Shown: positions 35,926 through 44,791 of the stretch, piece by piece
Layout of the letters: the number at the start of each line of letters is the position of its first letter
Position numbering within the stretch: position 1 is the first letter of the stretch
IMG/VR virus record: IMGVR_UViG_3300031132_000332
Origin: a virus
Reading direction: 5' to 3' (one strand)
Length of the DNA stretch: 64,000 nucleotides
Notes under the pieces: generated by a model
Databases searched by the model: none
What the model was told of the DNA's origin: nothing
Seen by the model: only the letters and a program-made list of their open reading frames with translations
Translations under genes and position numbers: made by a program

Positions 35926-36198
35926 ATGACTTCTAAACACCAACGTCTGCGTGATTGGATTCACCAGCAACATCCTGCTTTCCGTATAACATACAAAGCT
36001 GTTATCGCTATTGTCGGTTTCGCTATTGTGTTAGCGGGCATTGCGATGCTTGTGCTGCCTGGTCCAGGTGTGCTGACTATTCTTGCTGGTTTGGCACTGC
36101 TTGGTTTGGAGTTCCCATTCATCCAGCGGTTCAACTCTTGGTTAAAACAGAAAGCTATGCATCTGTGGAGGAAAGTTCGTCCTGTTCCTTCACACTGA
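35926..36198 (+). CDS. PGPGW-family small transmembrane protein
   Basis: IVLAGIAMLVLPGPG.LTILAGLALLGLEF. Confidence 0.8.
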   Translation: MTSKHQRLRDWIHQQHPAFRITYKAVIAIVGFAIVLAGIAMLVLPGPGVLTILAGLALLGLEFPFIQRFNSWLKQKAMHLWRKVRPVPSH

Positions 36199-36424
36199 AT
36201 AGGTCATGATTGAAGGCGCTTTGCGTGTCATGCTGATTCAAGTATTTACGTTTGAATGCAGCAAGGAATTCTTCATTTGGATTTTCTGAATCGAAGTCTT
36301 TGTCTACTTTGAATCCTTTGTACACTTCCATGACTTTTTCCCAGGGGAATTTGCCACTGTGTTCTTGTAACGCTGGAATAGCGTATTCAGCGAACTCTTC
36401 AACTAACTCTGTTTTCTCAGGCAT
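36155..36424 (-). CDS. Hypothetical protein
   Basis: ATG 36424 follows SD GGAGG; ACCGATAC upstream at 36462-55. Confidence 0.6.
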   Translation of the reverse strand: MPEKTELVEEFAEYAIPALQEHSGKFPWEKVMEVYKGFKVDKDFDSENPNEEFLAAFKRKYLNQHDTQSAFNHDLFSVKEQDELSSTDA

Positions 36425-36519
36425 AGTAGCCCTCCATTCGTTTCGTTGACCATTGTATCGGTTAATAGAAAATTCGGAGGCAACCACGATATTGATTGCC
36501 TCCGAATTTTTCCTGCAGC

Positions 36520-36714
36520 TTACTCCTGGTTGAGTCCTGCGAGGAACCCGTCCATGAAGATGGAACGGTTCTCATAAGTCAGAATGACGGAGAGAGGAAC
36601 ACCTTCTGATTCCTTCTTCGCAACATAGGCATCCCATGCCTGCCAGGTGGCATTGTGGACATCACTGGTGTACGGAGCGGTAACGGGACGCTGAATCTTG
36701 GTGCCAGTAGCCAT
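36520..36714 (-). CDS. Small hypothetical protein
   Basis: 64 aa, downstream of a good sigmaA promoter. Confidence 0.6.
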   Translation of the reverse strand: MATGTKIQRPVTAPYTSDVHNATWQAWDAYVAKKESEGVPLSVILTYENRSIFMDGFLAGLNQE

Positions 36715-36758
36715 AATAGGTTATATCTTCCTGTGTCAGGTGAATAAGTATATGGGCT

Positions 36759-36787
36759 ATCGTAGCACTGAGCAACCTGCCTGTCAA
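36759..36787 (-). promoter_or_regulatory. sigmaA promoter
   Basis: TTGACA-N17-TACGAT with extended TG. Confidence 0.65.
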
Positions 36788-36797
36788 CTGCTATCAG

Positions 36798-37640
36798 TTA
36801 GCAGCCGCCACCCATCCATTGGTGAGCTCGTGCATCGTCTTCAAGCCAGGCGTTGCTTTTCTGTTCAGGGCCGCTCATGAGACCTTTTTTCCATTGCAGG
36901 TAATGCCAATGCTCATGAGCGATAGTGGTTCGTAAATTACATGAAGGTACGTCAAACGCTTCTGGTGTGAGCGTGTAGAAATCATCTCCTGCGTTGTAGC
37001 AGCCCCATGCAATCTCTACTCCGTTCTGTACACGACAATGGTCAATTTTGAATGGGAACGGCTGACCTATCTCTTCTTGCAAACGAAGCACTTTCTGCTC
37101 ACGACTTTCATTAGCAGGGGTAGCGGCTTCGTTCAGCTCATCAACTTGGGTTGCCCAATTCTGGGTTCGTGTTTTCAAATCAGCAACAGCATTTGCTGTG
37201 ACAGTGTTCATGTCACTGATATCCTGTTTATATTGTTCAGGGTTCTGGTTGACCATGTTTCCAATATCTAAACTGCTAAGTTGGAACTGATCCAGAATAG
37301 CTGCATCTTTGTACTGCTGAATGAGAGCGGAAAGAGCATCATACTCATTGTTCACTTCTGCGGTGTTCGCGTGATTTTTATGCACAGGAGTAACAACTTC
37401 TGCTGCATTATTACCGGCTTGTTTGAGCAGAGCTGCATTTTCAGCGTAGGCTGAACCGACATCTTTCGCGCTGACTGTTTTAGGCGGTTCAGAATATGAG
37501 CCTTTCTGGGTAAGGTCAACACTTCCTGAGACCGTAAAAGCAACAACAACGGCAATTGTAGTGGCAATGAGTTTACGATGACGCATAGAAGAATGATCCT
37601 TATCAAGAATGAAAACAATGTTTCTTAGTTTATCAGACAT
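36798..37640 (-). CDS. Membrane-anchored/secreted protein with C-terminal HExxH metallopeptidase-like motif
   Basis: RHRKLIATTIAVVVAFTVSG anchor (true start may be ATG 37586), a helical stalk, and TIAHEHWHYLQ...E.DA. Confidence 0.65.
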   Translation of the reverse strand: MSDKLRNIVFILDKDHSSMRHRKLIATTIAVVVAFTVSGSVDLTQKGSYSEPPKTVSAKDVGSAYAENAALLKQAGNNAAEVVTPVHKNHANTAEVNNEYDALSALIQQYKDAAILDQFQLSSLDIGNMVNQNPEQYKQDISDMNTVTANAVADLKTRTQNWATQVDELNEAATPANESREQKVLRLQEEIGQPFPFKIDHCRVQNGVEIAWGCYNAGDDFYTLTPEAFDVPSCNLRTTIAHEHWHYLQWKKGLMSGPEQKSNAWLEDDARAHQWMGGGC

Positions 37641-37702
37641 TGACGGGAATAGAAAGGAAAAAATTGTTGTTACATCATTGACAACCCAGTAAAGGAGTCA
37701 AA

Positions 37703-38029
37703 ATGAGTGTCACAATTGACGGAACAGAAGCATTCACTGAGCAAATTAACAGTGCGGACAACAAAGACCAGCAGATTATCGTAGATTTCTGGGCAACATG
37801 GTGTGGTCCATGTCGTGCAGTGTCACCTATCCTCGATAAGATTGATACCGAGGACAGTAACGTAACTTTGCTCAAAGTTGATGTTGATGAGAACCCTGAG
37901 CTTGCTGCGGCATTCCAGGTTCAGTCCATCCCTACGTTGATGTTCTTCAAAGAAGGTCAGATGAACGCTAACCCTATCATCGGTGTTGCTCCAAAGGATG
38001 CTATCCAGAAGCACTACCAAACTGCTTGA
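37703..38029 (+). CDS. trxA: Thioredoxin
   Basis: VDFWATWCGPC...KVDVDENPELA...VQSIPTL; SD AAGGAG. Confidence 0.95.
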   Translation: MSVTIDGTEAFTEQINSADNKDQQIIVDFWATWCGPCRAVSPILDKIDTEDSNVTLLKVDVDENPELAAAFQVQSIPTLMFFKEGQMNANPIIGVAPKDAIQKHYQTA

Positions 38030-38067
38030 TGAGTAGCTCCGAATAGTATTCGGATGATGTAAGAAAG

Positions 38068-38102
38068 AAAAGGGAACCTGTTTGAATTACAGGTTCCCTT
38101 TT
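38068..38102. terminator. Intrinsic terminator
   Basis: AAAAGGGAACCTGT / ACAGGTTCCCTTTT. Confidence 0.75.
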
Positions 38103-38130
38103 CTCGTATCCGTGATAGAATAGGTGGATT

Positions 38131-39138
38131 ATGCTTCTACTGAACCTACTTACACGAGCTGCACCATACGGTTACCCTGAAACTGATGAGACTCGTCGGC
38201 TGGCAGCGCTCTGGGAAAAACATGTGGGGCCTGTTCCTATTGATGATTATGGAGATTTTGAAGACTTCTTCGAGCAGGCTGTCCGTTTGGATGCAGCTGT
38301 GAAGAGTGTTTCGCTTCCTGGCATCTGGTTGACAATCAACGGGAGTAAAGAGGCTAAAAACCTTGAATCAGGTGAGACTCAGCCTGCTGAGAACTTCAAG
38401 AACTCACCTCATTATGGTTTGCTGTCAACTCAAGATTTTTTGTTCCACAGCTCACCTGACGCTGTTCGTGACGCTCAAGTGGATAAGTACTGGCAGTGGG
38501 ATACGTTCCAGCGTTTCGCTGGTAGAGAAGTTATTTCGACTGGTTTCGGTAGCAGCATTCAAGGTAAAGACCTTATGAATGAAATCTTCACCTTGTATAA
38601 GACAGGCGTGGAACGTTTCTTCATCAAAGAAACGAAAACCAAAGCAGGTATTTGGGTTATTGAACTTGCTGAGAACCTCAGCTATGAAGAAGTGTACAAG
38701 ATTGTTGACGTAGAACTTGAATGGTCCCTTGTCCGAAATGAAGACAGGGAAGATTGTTTCCTCGTACAGCCTCATACCTCTATGAGGAACGAGTATCGTT
38801 TCTTCGTTGTAGATAATACTCTGGTTACAGGAGCTGGATGTGTTGAAGAGTTCACCCCTTTGAATAACCAGGCTCAATTTGATGCTCAAATGCGGGAGCA
38901 TCGTAATTGGAATCATGAGCCTATTACTTCCCAGCTTGAACTTCTTGGAAAGTACCGTAAATTTGCTGAGAACGTGGTTCGCCATCTCAAAGAGGAAAAG
39001 CCTGAAATCGGAAGCTATGTGCTTGATGTTGCACGTTCCATCAGTGGAGAACCTATGATTGTCGAGTTCAACTCCCTCTTGAACTCAGGATTATACGCTT
39101 CACAGCCCGCTCGGGTTGTAGCTGCTTTGGTAGAGTAA
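38131..39138 (+). CDS. ATP-grasp domain protein (R2K/DUF4343-like)
   Basis: FFIK..KTK, EYRFFVVD, YVLDVA, IVEFN....SGLY. Confidence 0.7.
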   Translation: MLLLNLLTRAAPYGYPETDETRRLAALWEKHVGPVPIDDYGDFEDFFEQAVRLDAAVKSVSLPGIWLTINGSKEAKNLESGETQPAENFKNSPHYGLLSTQDFLFHSSPDAVRDAQVDKYWQWDTFQRFAGREVISTGFGSSIQGKDLMNEIFTLYKTGVERFFIKETKTKAGIWVIELAENLSYEEVYKIVDVELEWSLVRNEDREDCFLVQPHTSMRNEYRFFVVDNTLVTGAGCVEEFTPLNNQAQFDAQMREHRNWNHEPITSQLELLGKYRKFAENVVRHLKEEKPEIGSYVLDVARSISGEPMIVEFNSLLNSGLYASQPARVVAALVE

Positions 39139-39229
39139 CCTCATAAGGGTTGTAATTCCTCTTCTAAACTGGTAGAGTGGATTCTTGTAAGAAGGTTTAC
39201 CTCATATTTAGTTCAGGAGAGAACGCATC

Positions 39230-39745
39230 ATGCAGAAGCTTAGGACCCCTTCGTTTGTCTATCATCTTTCGCTGACCGCGAAGGAAATTGCTCCTCAGCT
39301 GAGCGGTCTATGGCAGGCTATTCTCGCACTGACAGGTCTTGCCTATATTGGGAGTATTCTAGGAATCACTCAGGTTGTTTCTGCAATGCAGGATGCAGGC
39401 CAGCCGTATGGGCTTCCCCTTTTCGCCGCTGTGTTCACAGCAACTATTCTTGTCGGTTTTATCGCTCACAAGGCCCATCAGAGCTACCTCCGAGTTGGTG
39501 AGAAGCGAGTGAAGTCCCAGGTGAAGCTTGTTACTGCCGTCCTTGAAGACAGCGGGCATGATTTGAATGACACGCAGGTTGCTGCGCTGCTGACAGACGG
39601 ACAGTTCATCCTTGAAGAGATTAGTTATGGCGAGGTGCTGCGTACCGCGTACAACTTGAAGGAAACAGGTTCTCAGTGTGTTCTGACTCTGTACGTCTCA
39701 GACCTGCCAGGCAAGGCGCTCAATGGAAATCATCAGCGCTGGTAG
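39230..39745 (+). CDS. Two-TM membrane protein
   Basis: SD AGGAG; two hydrophobic helices; TTGTAA-N17-TAGAGT upstream. Confidence 0.65.
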   Translation: MQKLRTPSFVYHLSLTAKEIAPQLSGLWQAILALTGLAYIGSILGITQVVSAMQDAGQPYGLPLFAAVFTATILVGFIAHKAHQSYLRVGEKRVKSQVKLVTAVLEDSGHDLNDTQVAALLTDGQFILEEISYGEVLRTAYNLKETGSQCVLTLYVSDLPGKALNGNHQRW

Positions 39746-39753
39746 AATATCTC

Positions 39754-39815
39754 TTGCAAATGTCAGACCTGCATGGTACATTGATGAATGTACGAAATAT
39801 GCAGGTCTGACATTT
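39754..39815 (+). promoter_or_regulatory. sigmaA promoter with PafBC-type element inside a 17-bp inverted repeat
   Basis: TTGCAA-N17-TACATT; TGTCAG(39761-66)-N10-TACATT; arms 39758-74 and 39799-815 are perfectly complementary. Confidence 0.7.
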
Positions 39816-39831
39816 CTATTAAGGAGGAAAA

Positions 39832-40038
39832 ATGGTAGCCACCATTGAAAAAGATCAAGCAGTAAAGTTCCGTTACAAAAAGATCAGTGGAGAAGAAAAG
39901 ACTGTTGACCATTTAGTGATTGACAGAGTGTTCAGTAGCTCTGACGGGTATGAAATTGTCCAAGGATATTTGGAGGACGGGGAAGGTCGTTCATACCGTA
40001 GAGCAAACATGAAAGACATAGAAGTAATAGATCAGTAA
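39832..40038 (+). CDS. Stand-alone WYL-like domain protein (68 aa)
   Basis: VKFRYKKISGEEKT...VQGYLEDGEGRSYRRANMKDIEV matches the WYL (F.Y....G....RxF/YR.DRI) pattern; SD AAGGAGG. Confidence 0.6.
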   Translation: MVATIEKDQAVKFRYKKISGEEKTVDHLVIDRVFSSSDGYEIVQGYLEDGEGRSYRRANMKDIEVIDQ

Positions 40039-40044
40039 TACAAG

Positions 40045-40079
40045 TTGAGGGTGAAGCTTATTGCAAGCTTCACCCTCAA
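40045..40079. terminator. Bidirectional hairpin
   Basis: 15-bp stem TTGAGGGTGAAGCTT / AAGCTTCACCCTCAA between convergent genes. Confidence 0.7.
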
Positions 40080-40083
40080 TTAT

Positions 40084-40536
40084 TTAGTTTTCATCAATGA
40101 CTTTTACTCTTCGTGCACCAAAGTCGGCGCTCAGCCGTTCTTTTTGCGGGTTATTCTGGTTGATCCAACGGGTTGTTTTTCCTCGTTTGACAGACCTCCA
40201 TACTTCATCGTTACTGTCAACAATGACAGCTCCAATATTCAGGTTCCGAATTTCTCGTGCACTGGTAAGAGTGCGATGTAATCCTGCTCGCTTGTAATGG
40301 TCACCTTCAAGAGCGCGGAGAGCAACAACTTCTTCTACCAGTTCAGCTAAGAATACTCGTCCAGCAACAGCAATGTGAATATCAGCGAAGTTTTTACCTT
40401 CAAGGATAGTGATTCCATCCTCAGTATGCACACGAGCGCCATGAGGAGTGGGACTGGTAAGCCAAGAACTAGGGGTCAGCTTATTTCCTTCCGTCAGTTG
40501 ACTTCGCAACCTATTCAAGAATTCATCAGCTAACAT
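40084..40536 (-). CDS. Hypothetical protein
   Basis: SD AAGGAG; TGgTAGAAT upstream. Confidence 0.65.
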   Translation of the reverse strand: MLADEFLNRLRSQLTEGNKLTPSSWLTSPTPHGARVHTEDGITILEGKNFADIHIAVAGRVFLAELVEEVVALRALEGDHYKRAGLHRTLTSAREIRNLNIGAVIVDSNDEVWRSVKRGKTTRWINQNNPQKERLSADFGARRVKVIDEN

Positions 40537-40617
40537 TTTTGCTCCTTTTAGATAGGCTACTATTCTACCATATTGATTGTAGGTAGGAAACTCTAATCAA
40601 GTTTTTAATACAAAAAC

Positions 40618-40646
40618 TTGCATTTACTTTCTGCTTGTGTTATAGT
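40618..40646 (+). promoter_or_regulatory. sigmaA promoter
   Basis: TTGCAT-N17-TATAGT with extended TG. Confidence 0.6.
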
Positions 40647-40795
40647 TATTTTTACGACAGTAGTTCAAGGTTAACAGAACGCCTGGCTCTTGGATTTCCG
40701 GGTAGTTGGTGGCTCATATCCACCCTGTCGGCCAAACTTTTATGAAATACCGTTACATCAGAGAGAAATGCAGCGATGAGAAGGGGAGAAAAATT

Positions 40796-42205
40796 ATGTC
40801 AACTGTTATCGATGCTCGTAACCGCTTGAAGGCAAGCCTGGTCCGTCGTGAGTCCACTGTGAATGTTGCGAAAGCTATTCTTGACCTTGGCTTTCTTCCT
40901 GAGGACTCTGAGCTGCATACTAAGCTTTCTTCCCTTTCTTATCGTGGTACTTATGGTTACTACGATGCTGTCTACGATGACTATGACCGTGTTGACTCTG
41001 CTGATGACCAGTTGGAGACATTCGCTGTATTGTTCCCGAACGTCAGCATTGATGAGGCTCTGTCTGTTACCGTTGACCACCTCTCATATGTTTCAGTTCA
41101 TCAGGATTTGATTACTTCAGCTTTGTACTCACTGGGAGTACCTTCTGGTTGGAGTGCGAATGATGCTCTGCGTAAGCGTTTTTCCCTGGATTGGACTGTA
41201 GGGTCAGCATCCAGCAAGAAGGCTTTCGTCAAGCGTCTTCGTTTCTTGAACTCTTTTGAGGAGAAGCTGGGTCGTGTCTTTGACACTCTTCAGCTTCGTC
41301 ATGCTCAGATGCAGGCGAAGAGTCGCTTAGCGTACGCTGTTGACGCTGAGAAGCTTGACGATATTTCGTTGTCATTCGTTGCATACCTTGCGGCTCGTGC
41401 GAACCGTCGTTCGCTGTTCATGCTTGGTGGGCAGTCAAAGGCGTTCGATGATGTCAGTGATGCATTGCGAGACATGATTCCTGCTGATGCTAACTGGGAG
41501 CAGATTGCTTATGTTTCACCGACAATGAACGTGTTTGAGCGTCTTACTCAGGATGCTCTGGGTCGTCTCATTGGTAAGTTCCACAGTGAAATGACAGTTG
41601 CTGCAAATCAGCTGGGCCAGTTATTCCCGACCCTTCCTGTCCGCATGCGGGCTGAAATGGTAATGGTGAAAGGTGTTGATAGCTCTCGCTGGAATGCTTA
41701 CGCTGGTGCATTGAACACTATGCGCTCCGCCTGGATTTCTGCAACCATTGCTGCTGGCTTGGATTCAGTGCTGGATAAGTACTTACCTGGCAAAGCTCCT
41801 CGTTTGATGGCAGCTGACCTTGTATGGTGGGCACGTAATAACGGCCAGGAGCTCCATGAGGACACTCGCATGTTCTCTAAGCTTCCGTATCCTTGGGAAG
41901 TCATCAGCGGCGAGAAGAAGCTCAACCGTGCGAAGATTCTCAGTGTTGCTCGCAAGGCAAACGTAACTAATGTTGATGAGACAGGTTGGGTTGGTCCCCG
42001 CACTGGCGTAATCTCCGAAGTCGCTGCTGCTGAGCCTATCACTGTGCACGGCATCGTGGTTTCTGACCCGAACCTTGCTGTGATGCTTCGCAAGGCAGGA
42101 GCGTTCTCTGCTAAGAAGTTCTCTTATGTGGAGGATTTGACAGCGGAGGTCTGGGATAAGCAGGAGTCAACAATTGGTGATAAAACCTACGTGGTTGTCA
42201 ACTGA
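40796..42205 (+). CDS. Hypothetical protein (~470 aa)
   Basis: Strong codon bias like the core genes; ATG 40796 follows GGGGAG. Confidence 0.75.
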   Translation: MSTVIDARNRLKASLVRRESTVNVAKAILDLGFLPEDSELHTKLSSLSYRGTYGYYDAVYDDYDRVDSADDQLETFAVLFPNVSIDEALSVTVDHLSYVSVHQDLITSALYSLGVPSGWSANDALRKRFSLDWTVGSASSKKAFVKRLRFLNSFEEKLGRVFDTLQLRHAQMQAKSRLAYAVDAEKLDDISLSFVAYLAARANRRSLFMLGGQSKAFDDVSDALRDMIPADANWEQIAYVSPTMNVFERLTQDALGRLIGKFHSEMTVAANQLGQLFPTLPVRMRAEMVMVKGVDSSRWNAYAGALNTMRSAWISATIAAGLDSVLDKYLPGKAPRLMAADLVWWARNNGQELHEDTRMFSKLPYPWEVISGEKKLNRAKILSVARKANVTNVDETGWVGPRTGVISEVAAAEPITVHGIVVSDPNLAVMLRKAGAFSAKKFSYVEDLTAEVWDKQESTIGDKTYVVVN

Positions 42206-42206
42206 G

Positions 42207-42243
42207 TAAGAGGGGAAGAACTAAGAAAGTTCTTCCCCTCTTA
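42207..42243. terminator. 16-bp hairpin terminator
   Basis: TAAGAGGGGAAGAACT / AGTTCTTCCCCTCTTA followed by T-run. Confidence 0.75.
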
Positions 42244-42252
42244 TTTTTCGAG

Positions 42253-42281
42253 TTGCAGATGTCTGAGGGGTGTGATAGGCT
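42253..42281 (+). promoter_or_regulatory. sigmaA promoter with near-consensus PafBC element
   Basis: TTGCAG-N17-TAGGCT; TGTCTG(42260-65)-N10-TAGGCT. Confidence 0.55.
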
Positions 42282-42328
42282 CTTATTTGTTAGAGAGAAA
42301 CCCCTTTTACTTCATTGGAGAGAAACCT

Positions 42329-44545
42329 GTGATTTCTGAAAATACCAAGGTTGTTGAGATTACCAGCAACGTTACTTATGCGGACACTGTTAAGTCCGAA
42401 ATTGATGCTGAGTCCATGCCTCACATCATGAATCTTCTGACGAACATTTACCAGGATGCTTATCTGGCTATTGCTCGTGAGTACATTTCCAACGCTATTG
42501 ACGCTGTTCTTGCAGCGAAGGGTGTTGAGTCTGCGTTTGGTGTCGTGTTTGAGAACCCCGTTGAGGTAGTTCTCCCGACCCGAGCGAACCCGACGCTTAT
42601 CATTCGTGACCACGGCATTGGCATGCCTCTGGATGTTCTGAAGAACGTCTACCCGCATTACGGTCGTTCTACGAAGCGCGAGACGAACGCTCAGATTGGT
42701 CGTTTCGGTATTGGCGCAAAGTCGGCTTTTACCACGGTTACGAACTTCATTGTTACCTCCATCCATGAGGGCAAGAAGAACGTTCTCATCTTTCAGAAGG
42801 ATGAGAACGGCGTTGGTGAGGCGAACTTCTTGGATGAGCAGGATACTAACGAGGCTAACGGCACCACCATCACGATGCTGCTTCCTGACCCTGACCGTCT
42901 GAACCGCGTTTTCAATGACTCCAACCTCCTGCTGGGTTTCCCCACGGGTAGCATTTCCATCAATGGCACTCTGAGTACGAACAGTGTTTACAACACTGAG
43001 ACGTTCACCCAGCTCGGGGATAAGGGCTGGGTTCTGAACAGCCTTGTTGACTGGGAGAACAACCAGCTCACTCGTCTGCGTAAGGGCTGGAATGACAAGA
43101 TTGTTCTTGTTGGTCCGATTTCCTACACCTTTGATAAGAACCTTCTGGAATTCCCTGAGTACCGTCGTGAGTTCGGTTCCATGGATGATTTCACAGTTGC
43201 AAACCTTCCGATTGGTTCTGTTGATGTCACGCCTGCTCGTGATACTCTTATCTTCTCGGATAAGACTCGTAACGCTATCATTGAGGCGACTCGCAAGCTG
43301 AAGCAGGAGCTTAACACTCATGTTGACAGCCTGTTTGATGGTGTCGGTTCTCGCCGTGAAGCGGTCACGATTGCTGATTCCATCAGGAGTGCAGGGTTCC
43401 GAGGTGAGTGGAAGTTCCAGGATGAGGTTATTCCTGATTACGAGATTCAGGCTGTTGCCGACAAGGGTAACTGGTACACTGCTGCTGGCCACAAGACTTC
43501 TGTGCGAGGCTTCTACCAGGGCCGTGCGGATAACACCGTAGTTGTCTATGGTGTTACAGATATTCATGCTGCCCGCACCCTGAACCGTTTCCGTAAGGCT
43601 TTCGAAATCAAGCACCCGAACATTACGGATTCTTTCCGTCTGGTGTACACGTCTGCACAGATTGCAGAGCTGAACCCGTGGACTGAGGATATTGCAGTTG
43701 CGACCTACTCAGTTGCTCAGTTTGAGGCTATGGGTCAGGAATTCCGTAACGAAATCAACGCTGAGAAGCGTGCACAGCGCGGAGCTGCTGTGAATGCTAA
43801 CGGTGGCGCGAATGTCAACTACGGCGCACTTCCTGTTACTGTTCTGGGTCGGAGTGGTTACTATGAGAGTGACCGTCCGAACAGCCAGAGGGAATACTCT
43901 GCTGATGTAGCGCAGCGTTATGATGCTGTTGTGTACATGCGTTTGGACGAGAATGCTCCTGCTACGCCGAGTACTCAGTTTGCTCGTATCGCTACGACGA
44001 ACGTTACTGCTTCTGCTGAGGATTACCGTAACCTGAATGCTGCTCTGCGTCTGATTCGTGAGCATTTCGTCCCTGGACGGGATGTTGCTATCGTTCGCAT
44101 TCCAAACAACACTCGTGTTGAGTCATTCCTGAACGCTGTCCCGCATGCGGTAAGTATTGATGATGCTCTGACAGTTGCAGCGGAACATGTTATTGAAAGT
44201 AACACTATTTCAGTTGAAACATTGGCTCTTCACCGTAATGTTGGCCTTCAGAATCTTCGTTGGACTGATGTTGTGAACTCTGAGGACATCAACCATGAGG
44301 GTCTGCGTGCCTGGGTGCAGGCAGCTCAGAGTTACCTGCACATCAGTTCAAATGAGCGTACGGCGATTGACAAGTTCAACCGTATGATTACAGTGGGTCG
44401 TCTTGCTCCACTGTTTGCTAATCTGAATGAGCAGGTTGAAACGTTTGAGAATTACCGCATTCCTCTGCTTTCAGAAGTGTACGGGGAGAGTTCTCTCCGT
44501 GAGGATATTACTGAGTACGTGAACTTCAAGTACCCTGCTGAGTAG
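42329..44545 (+). CDS. rIIA-like protein (GHKL/HSP90-type ATPase N-terminus)
   Basis: IYQDAYLAIAREYISNAIDA, IRDHGIGM, YGRSTKR.TN.QIGRFGIGAKSAF, NGTTITM. GTG 42329 follows GGAGAG. Confidence 0.8.
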   Translation: MISENTKVVEITSNVTYADTVKSEIDAESMPHIMNLLTNIYQDAYLAIAREYISNAIDAVLAAKGVESAFGVVFENPVEVVLPTRANPTLIIRDHGIGMPLDVLKNVYPHYGRSTKRETNAQIGRFGIGAKSAFTTVTNFIVTSIHEGKKNVLIFQKDENGVGEANFLDEQDTNEANGTTITMLLPDPDRLNRVFNDSNLLLGFPTGSISINGTLSTNSVYNTETFTQLGDKGWVLNSLVDWENNQLTRLRKGWNDKIVLVGPISYTFDKNLLEFPEYRREFGSMDDFTVANLPIGSVDVTPARDTLIFSDKTRNAIIEATRKLKQELNTHVDSLFDGVGSRREAVTIADSIRSAGFRGEWKFQDEVIPDYEIQAVADKGNWYTAAGHKTSVRGFYQGRADNTVVVYGVTDIHAARTLNRFRKAFEIKHPNITDSFRLVYTSAQIAELNPWTEDIAVATYSVAQFEAMGQEFRNEINAEKRAQRGAAVNANGGANVNYGALPVTVLGRSGYYESDRPNSQREYSADVAQRYDAVVYMRLDENAPATPSTQFARIATTNVTASAEDYRNLNAALRLIREHFVPGRDVAIVRIPNNTRVESFLNAVPHAVSIDDALTVAAEHVIESNTISVETLALHRNVGLQNLRWTDVVNSEDINHEGLRAWVQAAQSYLHISSNERTAIDKFNRMITVGRLAPLFANLNEQVETFENYRIPLLSEVYGESSLREDITEYVNFKYPAE

Positions 44546-44549
44546 TTTG

Positions 44550-44595
44550 TTGAGGGTGCGTAACACTGATAGAATCTGCTGTTACGCACCCTCAA
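44550..44595. terminator. 16-bp hairpin
   Basis: TTGAGGGTGCGTAACA / TGTTACGCACCCTCAA. Confidence 0.7.
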
Positions 44596-44613
44596 AATCT
44601 TTTCCTATAAGAC

Positions 44614-44740
44614 TTGCAAAAGTTAGAGTCATCTGGTAAGCTCTATTCATAAGCAATACAGTAAATAGCTCTAAAAACCTTGAAAAATCAAGGAAAATCA
44701 CCTATCAGACTTGACATGAAGCATGAAAATCTGGTAGAAT
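44614..44740 (+). promoter_or_regulatory. Two tandem sigmaA promoters
   Basis: TTGCAA-N17-TAAGCT (44614-42) and TTGACA-N18-TAGAAT (44711-40), both with extended TG. Confidence 0.65.
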
Positions 44741-44791
44741 AGATTACAAGTTACACACGTTATCAAACACTTATACAAGGAGAGAAACACC

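Noticed and set aside
38038-38054. Palindrome TCCGAATAGTATTCGGA as a LexA SOS box
   Set aside because: It has CGAAT-N3-ATTCG rather than CGAAC-N4-GTTCG and lies downstream of trxA before a terminator.
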